A model generated the notes under the pieces. It worked only from the letters and a program-made list of their open reading frames with translations, searched no databases and was not told the DNA's origin. Made by a program: the position numbers and the translations under genes. Shown in pieces: positions 53,599-64,000 of a DNA stretch of 64,000 nt. Origin of the DNA: Octopus vulgaris (Eukaryota); contig OX597823.1 in NCBI GenBank assembly GCA_951406725.2, positions 33,914,001 to 33,978,000 on the forward strand, read 5' to 3'. Every line of letters begins with the position of its first letter. The stretch's first letter is position 1.

Positions 53599-53997
53599 TC
53601 CAATCCCAAGTTTATTATGTCAAGATGTAAGTAGCCATGTAGCTCACCTAAAACAAGAAACCTATTCTACTCTGGCTCCTCATAGTTTAATTCCTCATCT
53701 CCCAGCATAAAGCTGCCCCTCTTGAGTCTTGTGGGATGCAAAAAGCATCCATGCTGCTATGAAGGGTATCCAACTATAGAAATCAGGCCACTAAAATTGA
53801 CACTGGACTACGATGCAGTCCTTGGACCTCTTTGATCCTGTCAAACAGCCCAACCCATACCAACACTTACCTGTTTCCCAATAAACAATTCTTTATTTTT
53901 TATTTTACGTTTTTATTCTACTGAACTTTGAAAGCAAAGAACAACATTCATTTTTACAAAGGATGTTAATATGTGTGAGTATTTATCTTGAAATATA

Positions 53998-54046
<49 letters not shown>

Positions 54047-54137
54047 TCATCATCATTTAATGTCTGTTGTCCATGCTGGCATGGGTTGGACGGTTTGACC
54101 AAGGCTGGCAAGCTGGAAAGCTGCACTAGACTCCACT

Positions 54138-54175
<38 letters not shown>

Positions 54176-54395
54176 AGTAAGAGAGAGAGAGAGAGGGGGC
54201 GGCATGACTTTAGGAGTAGACATGGTTGTGTGGTAAGAAGTTAGTTTCTCAACCAAAAGGTTCTAGGTTCAATCTCATTGTATGGCACCTTGGACAAATG
54301 TCTTCTGCCAAAACCCTTGGCCATTCAACGCCTTCTGGGTGAATTTGGTAGACGGAAGCTGATCATGTGTGTGTGTATATATAAGCATGTGTGTA

Positions 54396-54436
<41 letters not shown>

Positions 54437-54650
54437 CTGTTCTCTTGACATCACACATTACTTGTATGCAAGCCTGACCTTCATGCCTGTCCTTCATGCT
54501 CAGTCATCTGTGAAGACATGTCTGGTCATGGGAAAAACATGTTTCCATGGTTGGCAACAGGAAGGACATCTGTGTGTAGAAAATATCTGCCCTGACAAAA
54601 TTCCATCCAACCCATGTGAGCATGGGAAAGTGGACATTAAAACAATAGGA

Positions 54651-54738
<88 letters not shown>

Positions 54739-54800
54739 CGACGATGACGATGACGACGACGTGGTGGTGGTGGTGGTGGTGGTGGTGGTGGTGGTGGTGG
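54651..54800. repeat. (GAT)n-(GAC)n-(GGT)n tract grown from an RTE-type tail
   Basis: Follows CCATGTGAGCATGG..GGACATTAAAAC. Confidence 0.9.
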
Positions 54801-55876
54801 TTTGGGTGATATATATCTACGTGTATAACTTTGAATATATACATTTGTGACTGCTAGATTCATGTTTGTAAATGTAATTATCTCTCCTCCTTCTCTCTCT
54901 CTCTCTCTCTCATTCTCTCAAAACATATGCATGTATGTATATAAGCATATTGTTAGGTAAATATATAAAAAAATACATCATTCATTTAAATTTGAAGGTC
55001 ATTATAAGTCTTTTGTGTTTCTCCATTGAAGTTGGATTACATCTTGGCCAAATAGCAGGCAGATAATGATAGATATTAATTAAATATGATTAAATATCAA
55101 TTATGAATCAAAATTAATCAGCCTTAATTGTTGTATAGAGTGAATAAAGAGAACTATGAAAAGAAAATATTTACATCTTTACATTTAAGACCTGAAGCTG
55201 TGGCAAAGTTGCATGATGGGAAGGTGTAGCATGGATACTTAACAGCTGGAGACTGGTTCAAGTTATTAACATTCTGAAGAATTTCTTTAGCGGTTCTGTT
55301 TACAAGTTCTATGGAAGGCTAAATTAATGCTCCAAGCTGACAATATTTTCATCTTTTTTCTTTTTTTTTCCTTTATTCTTTTAGTCTTTTAGTCAGGAAA
55401 GAAGGCAGAACCTATGAACTTTTACAGAACCATGAAGGGTGGGTGAGAGGAATTTATTGTAAAACCAGACCTGGTTCAGTCTGTATGTTCTCAACAGCAT
55501 CTGGTTCGCTAAAGTCAGTCAAGTGGCCAGATGATGATGCTAAAGTAGATGATAAATTATGTCTAGCTCCTGAGTAGGCTGAGCAGGATTTGAAATCAGA
55601 TTACAAAGAGCTGGAACAAACACTGCAAGGAATTTGATTTCCTTACAGTTCTACCAATCTACTGCCCCGAATTGACCCTGAAAGGTTAAAAGGCAAACCT
55701 AACCTCAGTTGGAATTGAACTCAGGAGGATTCAGTATCATAAGGCATTCTATTCAATACTTTAATAACTCTGCCAGTTTTTGCTATTCAATGAACAAATC
55801 TCATATCCAAGAATGAAAATATTGACTTAGCAAAAAACTACAAGCTTCTTGTTGGCATAAACATCACAAACAGTCA

Positions 55877-56245
55877 TGGCACTCCGTCGTTTATGACAAT
55901 GAAGGTTCCAGTTGATCTGATCTATGGAACAGCCTGCTCATGAACTTAATGTGCAAGTAGCTGAGCACTCCACAGACACGTGTACCCTTAATGTAGTTCT
56001 CGGTGAGATTCAGCATGACACAGTGTGTGACAAGGCTGGCCCTTTGAAACATACATACAACAGAAACAGGAAGAAAGAGTGAGAGAAAGTTGTGGTGAAA
56101 TAGTACAGTAGGGTTCGCCACCACCTCCTGCTGGAGCTTAAGGTGTTTTTGCTCAATAAACACTCACAACGCTTGGTCTGGGAATCAAAACCATGATCCT
56201 ACAACAATGAGTCCGCTGCCCTAACCACTTGGCCATTGTGCCTCC
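55877..56245 (-). mobile_element. SINE family C, full length
   Basis: Reverse-complement homolog of 28585-28960. Confidence 0.85.
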
Positions 56246-56934
56246 ACTTTACAAACAGTAAATGTAGGATGGTTGAATGGTTAAGAAGTTTACTTAACAA
56301 CCATGTGATCCCAGATGTATGACATCTTGCATAAAGGTCATTTTCTCAAGCCTTTGGTTGACCTATACTATGTAAATGAAATTAAGTAGACAGAAATTGT
56401 ATAGAAGCTCGTTAGATGAACTGTGACTGTAATTCTAAATTACAGCATTGTCAAAATCTGTGTCATGCTGATTCTGCCTAAGTATTACACTAAGGATGAG
56501 CAACCATGAAGTCAGGAAGCAGAAGAACAGGGACCAAATCCACTATTATTTCTCTTATGATTTAGTAGTTAGAATCTAGGGTCTGCGGCAGAAAGACACA
56601 CTAGTGTAAGCCATAATTCCTTTGCAGATTATTTTAAGATGTAGATTAGATCTCTGACATTGCTGAGAAACATCCAGATTTAACATTTCCAGCTGATATA
56701 AATTGAATAGGGTGACGGGTGGATTTGGCCTAAAGAAACAATCATTATAGGTATCTTATTAGGGTGGGAAAACTGCCTTTTAAATAAAAGGCCTTGACAT
56801 CAACATTCTCTTTATGACCTCTAAAATATGGCATAGGATATTGCTTTTTGATATTGCCATCCAACCATGGAAGATGGTTGTTAAATGATAATGTTGATGA
56901 CTTTCAAAAATGTTACAGCCAGAGTTCTTTTCTT

Positions 56935-57120
56935 ACAGTAAGATAATATCTCAGAATGCTCTTTTAGTATTGCTACTTGTGCAAACATTTCAGATATTTA
57001 ACTGGACAATAGAGGAAATCTCTTCTATTCATATTAAAACCCTTAAGATCTTAACAGCAACTGGGATCTTCCACAGAAATAATAATATTAGAAGATTCTA
57101 TCTCAGAAATAATGAAAGAT
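56935..57120 (+). pseudogene. R4/Dong LINE post-RT fragment
   Basis: TFQIFNWTIEEISSIHIKTLKILTATGIFHRNNNIRRFYL, similar to the 2960-3090 peptide. Confidence 0.65.
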
Positions 57121-59094
57121 CCGTCCAGATGGACTACATGCAGTGTTGTTGCATATATGAGGACTAGTACAGCATCCGATAAACAAATGTGTTATTACCA
57201 TTACTGTTATATCATCACTATCATAGCATCTGATGAATAATTATATTTCAAAGAGCACCTGACCTTTTTTAATGCAGAAAAAAATTATTCCTAACCCTGA
57301 AACCTCTCTATGTTGACTTTACCTCAAACTAGATGCTGCGAAACTGCATCAGTTGACCAGTTTGCTGTTGTAATGAAAATTTGGACACCAAATATAATCA
57401 TATAAGTATGAAGTTAACAACTTTTTTGTGTAGTTTTGAAAGGATAATATGTGTCACCAGTGATGTAATTATTTTCGTTTTAACACATGATCTCAGATCA
57501 AATCACTTTCTAGACAAGCACATCTCTGAAATATATTAACTAAAGGCTTAGAAGTGAGGAGAGTAACATCTTACAAAACGGGAAGCAAATGCCTTGACAG
57601 TGACTCAGTTTCTGCTGACATTTTGTATAGAATGTTTTATACATGGCTGTTTGCTGGAAACTTAAGAATAATGAAGATATTAAGAGGAAGCATAGTCTCT
57701 CTCTCTCTCTTTCTCTCTCAGGCTTATGATTGTTACATCACTTTGGGGATTATGTATTTATATTCCAAGAGCAAGAGATAGCTATTAAATACATCCTAAA
57801 CAAATGAGACAGCAAATACCTTAGCCCTTTCTTTCTCCCAAGATGAGATTGAAGATGTCAATGATGACATATTTTACAAGAGGGGATCAGTAACTGTCCT
57901 ACCTTTTTATTACACATGAAGTTGTTGTTAAAACAATACATAAAAACCATCCACAGGAAAGATTGCCTTGGGATAAATGTATAAAAAATAATTCTGATGT
58001 TGAATCCATTCCAAACATAAGGAATATTAATGAAATATTCTCATGAAAACTTTTAACAACTGGAAACATATCAGGCCTGTCCAAAAACAATTCTATGTTA
58101 TTTTAAGAAGGAATGAACAAAAAGTATATAGTTTTACAGGGTCAGCTGCCTCCCAGCTATAAACATTCCAAGCTAGACTGAGGTGGAATAAAATATATCT
58201 GGTCAACTTGTCCAATATCTACAACTTGTTTAGCCAAACTATAAACTGATCCAATCTAGAAGTTTACTATAATTTATATTGGGACTTACTTATGGTACTG
58301 TTTAACTCTTTAGCATTTAAATAGTTTGGAAAAGCTGAAGCATTTAAAAGTCACCACTGACCACTTTTCATTTCTATTCAATATAAATGATAATAGTGGT
58401 GGTAGTTTTGAGATGATGATGATGATACTGACCACTGACTCCCCCACCCCGTGCTAACTACTGACCCCAATACCGACCACTGGCTCCAATACTTTCCAAT
58501 AATAAGCATGATTGTAGCAGACACTATTGTTAACATGACACTTTAACAAAAGGTATAACCTCAATGTATATCGTGATACTGTTATATGACATCACATAGT
58601 ACATATAACATTCTATCATTATATAACATGGTACTATGTCTAACATAGTAATTACTATTACATTGTACTATATAACTTAATGATATACTGTTTGCTTTGT
58701 AGACCAATCTATTACCCAGTTCAGCCCCCAAAATCTTCATACATAATTCAGTAATAATCATCATTATAGAGTAATATGCAAATACAAGGGTTATCCTAAA
58801 AGTAATGTGGTGTATTGTTGTTCTCAAGAAGACCTGCCCACCACCACAGAATGGAGATTCTAAAACTACATAAAAGCATTATTGTGGGTGCTGATGCCAT
58901 GTAAAAAGCACTGATCATTGCATAAAAAGCACCCAATGCACTCAATAAAGTCGTTGGCATTACGAAGGGCATCCACCTGTAGAACCTGGTGTGGCCTGTA
59001 GCCTTACCTGTTCCTGTCAAGATGTCCAACCCATGCCAGCATGGAAAACAGACGTTAGATGATGATGAATACAAAACTATGTACTGTTGTAGCC

Positions 59095-59955
59095 AGTTCT
59101 TTATGGACCCTTTCACCTCATCTGGGTCATCAAATCATCGTGCCTGAAGATTGGACCAAACTTGTGGAAGTCAGAGAGTGCCAGATCTAGGCTGTGCAGT
59201 GAGTGGTCAGCCCAGTTTGTCAACTGTCTGATTTGTTGCCCAGGGTGTGTGTGCTTATGCATTGTCTTAGTGAATGTCAATCATTTTCGGATTCCATTTT
59301 TGTCTCTTTTCCAATGGCTTCTTTAAGCTTTTTGAATGTCTCAATATATTGCTTGCTGTTCACAGTGCAGCTATATTTCAGAAAATCAAAGAGAATGATG
59401 CTCTTGTCTTCCTACAAAACAGTAAACCATGACTTCTTGGGCCTTGAAGAAACAGTGATGCCATGTCAAGAGCCATTGCTTTTGGCTCAGTGACATTTCT
59501 CTCTTTGTCACCAGATCAGAAAAAAAAATCATATCTTCATTGGCTTCAAACACTTCCAACAAAGCAGAGCAAACTTTCTCTTTCCTCTCTTTTAAATTGA
59601 GTGTCAACTGCCAAGTTACCCACTTTGCCCACACTTTTCACCACTTTTTGTAATGTTTTTGTGACCACAGTCCAGCTGTGCAAAAACTCACGGATTGTGA
59701 CTTATCGGCCCATCTGAAACAATTCATCCACTTGTTAGCAATTTGTGTCAGTGGTCGCAGTCAAGAACCATCCACTGAGTAGTTTGTCTGCAACGCTGCT
59801 TTCTTTTTTAAACTTTTCCATCCATCTGTGCACATTGCTCTTGTTATTGTTATCATTTCCCCAAACAACCTGTAGCTTTCCGTGGATGTTGGGCAGCCTA
59901 CAGCCCTCTTTGTCAACAACTCAGTGATAGCACATTGCTTCTGCTTGGGACTCAT
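59095..59955 (-). pseudogene. mariner-family transposase pseudogene
   Basis: Order of remnants fits mariner: MSPKQKQCAITELL N-terminus, KVWAKWVTWQLT (WVPHxL-like), FFSDLVT, VMVT-like segment, SLDLALSDFHKFGP (SPDLAPSDF-like). Confidence 0.75.
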
Positions 59956-60322
59956 TATTTGCCTGCAGTGAAGAAAAGAGGAAGGAGAGTTACAATGGAG
60001 GAGGAGTTACTTTACTGGCATCTGTAATTTGAATGACCTGTGTTGTGCCTACTTTTACATTGCATTAAGTTTTACCTTCATGTATTTTGTATATTCTCAT
60101 CATCTAAGCAGTAAGCTTCACATAAATTGGATATATTTATCTTTTACGCCTCAATATTTGTAATGGGTTTTTCTTGTTTCCAGTAGAATAAATTTCGGGA
60201 TAGTTTGTAATCTGATAAGAATGCTTGAGCAATTGAGGTTAGAAGTTAGGTAGAATATATGATGCTATGTCAATAAATGAAAACAAAGAGAAAAGCTATT
60301 GTGTTACATCACATACGTTTTG

Positions 60323-60532
60323 TTCTTTTATTCTTTTACTTGTTTCAGACATTTGACTGCAGCCATGCTGGAGCACCAACTTTAGTTGAGCAAATCACCC
60401 CCAGTCCCCTTCCTTTGTAAGCCTAGTACTTATCTATTGGTCCTTTTTGCCGAGCCGCTAAGTTATGGGGACGTAAATACACCAGCATCGGTTGTCAAGT
60501 GATGTTGGAGGGACAAACACAGACACACAAAC

Positions 60533-60586
<54 letters not shown>

Positions 60587-60745
60587 AGCTTCTTTCAGTT
60601 TCCATCTACCAAATCCACTCACAAGGTTTTGGTCGACCTGAGACTATAATAGAAGACACTTGCTCAAGGTGCCACGTAGTGGGACTGAACCCAGAACCAT
60701 GTGGTTGGTAAACAAGCTACTTACCACACAGCCATGTCGGCACCT
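60323..60745 (-). mobile_element. SINE family A, full length
   Basis: Colinear with 39459-39889. Confidence 0.88.
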
Positions 60746-61904
60746 ATTTAATGGTTGTTTAATGACCCTATAATATTTCAGGAAAGATTTCCCCTTTTCA
60801 AATATAAGAAGAAATAATTTGAGTTCAGGGAAATGTGTTGTTACTGGCAGAGCATTCTGGTGTATTGTGAGGTTGTAACCTGATAATTTTTATGTAGTTA
60901 CAATAAATAAACCCCAGAAAATATGACAATAACAGTTGAAATTTCACTGGAAACTTTGTTTGACTATGTTGGTGCAGCCTTCTGGTTCACCAGTCCTCAG
61001 TCAAACCATCCAACCCATGCCAGCATGGAAAGTGGACGTTAAACAACGATGATGATGATGATGTGAATACACAGTAATGTGACTGGTGAGGTATTCAGAG
61101 AAGTTTATATATTTGTTCCTTAATTCATATCTCTCTGCAAAATTTGAAGGATTCTTGGAGAGATACACAAAATACTTAAGTAAATGGATGGGACATTTCA
61201 GTCGGATTTGTACAGAATATCCAATAAAACCTTCTGGAACAAATCTTTGTCCCTTAATGGATAAACCAATCTGTTGGCATCAGTGAAAAGTTTCTCCCCA
61301 AATCATCTACAATGGAATGTGCTATTGACCAAATCAAAGAATCTTTTCATGTCATATCAGTAATTTTCTGTAATTTTCTGATGACAGATGAGACTGTAAA
61401 AGCCACAAGTACATAATTAGTCACAATAATTGTACAAATGATGCCAATATAAATTCAACAAGACCAGCAGACATAAATAATCATACTTGATGACATTATG
61501 GAATATTTATCTGTTATAAAGTGACCAAAAGTTTGCAACCATTTATCAGCAGAATTACCAAAACATCACGGAGCTGTCAAATGTGTCTAATGCCAAACAA
61601 AAGGTGTAAAGTTAATGAAATTTACTAAAGCCAAAACGTTCACATAAGATCTACCTTTCCATCTTTCGTTAACCAATAATCCTTTCAACATAATTTTTGA
61701 CTGAAATAAAAGAGAAAATAAGAAAGTATTCTTCAATCCTATTCTCTTCCATTCAGAGAACACCATTAAACTTTTGGTATATAATCTTTGAGCGGGTGTT
61801 TTGTTGAAAAGTTATGAGCATTTGATTCACTGCAGAATCAGCTTCATTATCACCACCACCACCACCTTGACCTTGTCAAGTATATCAGATCCAACCACAA
61901 CATG

Positions 61905-61985
61905 CAGCCCTGGTCCAGGATTTGAACTCACAACCTCACTATCGTAAGCTCGATGCTCTAACAACTGAGCCATGCGCCTTCACTG
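61905..61985 (-). mobile_element. isolated tRNA-like SINE head
   Basis: TGGCTCAGTTGTTAGAGC..TTACGAT..GAGTTCAAATCC. Acceptor stem does not pair. Confidence 0.6.
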
Positions 61986-62401
61986 ACTGAATGGCTTCAA
62001 TATCAAACAAGCTAGCTTGTGGTATTTGTTCCTGCTCTTTTCATTCTGAGTTCAAATCTTGCTGTGGTCTACATGGGTAGGGCACTTCATCAATTGCCCT
62101 AGTTAATGCTGTCATGTGACGGGTGTCTCTTGTGGAGGAGTCCAGCTTCTTGCAAGCATTCAGACCTGGTCTGAATTTATTTAAGGCTACCTTTCTACCC
62201 TACACCAGTTGCAGAGGCCCTGTAAAGGGTCACATGCACAGTTCTCTGACTCCTGACTAACATAGAGGGCGCTGGCTTCATTGCTATAGACTGAGAGGTT
62301 CAAGCATAAAAAGAAGGACAGGACACAGGTCTATAATGGCAGTTCCATGTGAGGGGTAGTGGGAGGAATTGGAGCGGAGCAACATTTATATCTCTTTCAG
62401 C

Positions 62402-62615
62402 CTTTATTCTTTCTCTTGTTTCTGTCATTAGACTGTGGCCATGCTGGTGCGCTGCCTTGAAGGAGTTTTAGTCTCATGAATGACCCCCACCACCAATACT
62501 TATTTTTATATCTTTTTTTAAAGTTTGGTACTTATTGCATTGCTTCCTTTTGCTAAACTGCTAAGTTATAGAGACATAAACATATGAACACCAGTTGTCA
62601 ATCAGTGGCGGGAGA

Positions 62616-62656
<41 letters not shown>

Positions 62657-62809
62657 GCTAAGCTTCTTTTCAGTTTCTGTCTACTAAATCCAAAATCCAC
62701 TCACATGGCTTTGGTTAGCCTGAGGTTATAGTAGAAGACACGTCTGGGACTGAACCTGGAACCATGTGTTTGGGAACCAGACTTCTTACCACGCAGCCAT
62801 TCCTGTACG
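62402..62809 (-). mobile_element. SINE family A
   Basis: Colinear with 60323-60745. Confidence 0.82.
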
Positions 62810-62950
62810 TCCATACAGCCACACCTGTGCCAACATATATTCATGTACTTTAATACATTCTACTTCAGTTTGGGATTTGATTTACAAGATTCTTTATGTG
62901 AGTTCATGTGTTGAAGCATATATTGTTGTATTTGGGGAGAGTCATTTTTG

Positions 62951-63062
62951 GTGCCTTATAATTTAACACACTCACCTGTAAAGTTTCCACTCATTTACTT
63001 ATTTACACTCATAAGTAAATGAGTGGAAACTTTATCTGTGAGTGTCTTAAATAATAAGGCAC
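62951..63062. repeat. fold-back palindrome, 52-bp arms with 8-nt loop
   Basis: GTGCCTTAT...TAAAGTTTCCACTCATTTACTTAT-TTACACTC-ATAAGTAAATGAGTGGAAACTTTA...ATAAGGCAC. Confidence 0.9.
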
Positions 63063-63187
63063 TAATATATTCTCTTATACTAAAATAAAGTCTCATATCC
63101 ATACGCATTCATATGTTCACACTCTCTTATACTATCATATATATGCATACACACTCATATATTTACATTTACATATGTTTATATAGT

Positions 63188-63320
63188 TGGAATTTACAAA
63201 AAAGCAAAACAAAAGACGAAGATGGGTGTGTAAACAACAAACAGATGTATTAATTTAACGCTCGGGAAGTGAGAAAGTCTTTTACATTTCGAGCCTACGC
63301 TCTTCAGCAGAAAAGAACAC
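63188..63320 (-). mobile_element. PLE family P3 3' end with hammerhead-like motif
   Basis: Minus strand CUUUU-CUGCUGA-A-GAGC(GUAG)GCUC-GAAA-U-GUA-AAAG. 3' end abuts TATATA. Confidence 0.6.
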
Positions 63321-64000
63321 ACTATATATACAAATATGCAAAAACTAACTTTCTTATATTTAGTACAAGCACACAAAGTAGTGAGAGTTAATACAATGAT
63401 GTGTACAGTTATTTTTAACTCTCCTACATATAAAAGGCATTTCATGAGGGGCTTTGTCTCAAAGAAAATTTTCTCTCTATAGACATCATCTGTAAAAACT
63501 GATCAAACCTAGCACCAAATGACATTAGCAGTGTCTTTGCTTAACCCTTTCGTTACCAACCCAGCTGAAACCAGCTCTGGTTTTGTATTACAAATGTCTT
63601 GTTTTCCTCCAAACCTAGTGGTTTCTATGGCTGGATGCCCTTCCTAATACCAACTGCTTTACAAAGTGGACTGGGTACTTTTTGTTTTTGCTACCAATAC
63701 TAGGGAGATTGCCATGTAACTTGCAAGACACACCCACACGTGTGTGCATGTGTGTGTGTGTGTGTGTGCATATGTGTGTGTGTGTGTGTGTGCATTGTGT
63801 GTGTGTGTCTTTGTCCTGACATCATGTGATGGTTCTGAATGAGCATCACTCTCACACAAGTGATTTCATTCGTCTTCAGTTTTCTGTAATAAAAAAAAAA
63901 ACATGTCTGGACAATATTACTTTGCTCAGAAATCGGTGAGAGTTGGCAACAAGAAGAGGATCCTATCAAAGAAAATCTGCTTCAAAGAATTCCATCTGAC

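Noticed and set aside
61905-61985. tRNA gene candidates (also 28585 and 50790)
   Set aside because: A/B boxes are present but there is no paired acceptor stem, and they run into SINE bodies.

Overview
AT-rich, repeat-saturated eukaryotic DNA. The microsatellite load and the SINE/LINE families look like an octopus (coleoid cephalopod) intron or intergenic region; the organism is inferred. I find no convincing host exon. Nearly all ORFs in the track are translations of (TA)n, (CA)n, (GAT)n or (GGT)n tracts, or decayed transposon pieces. Recognisable content: RTE LINEs (two long copies plus many 3' tails ending in a CCATGC-AGCATGG stem and (GAT)n), R4/Dong-type LINE fragments, a Tx1/L1 fragment, a mariner pseudogene, TTAA-flanked MITEs, several tRNA-derived SINE families, and Penelope-like (PLE) remnants. 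The main unannotated signal is a set of 11 minimal type-I hammerhead ribozyme motifs in four non-coding repeat families. These include a very young 533-bp tandem plus inverted unit (26.9-28.3 kb) with three intact hammerheads, and a tRNA-headed SINE with a hammerhead tail. The RTE ORF also carries a C4HC3 PHD-like finger, and both long copies share an in-frame TAG inside it. All coordinates were read by eye and boundaries are approximate.
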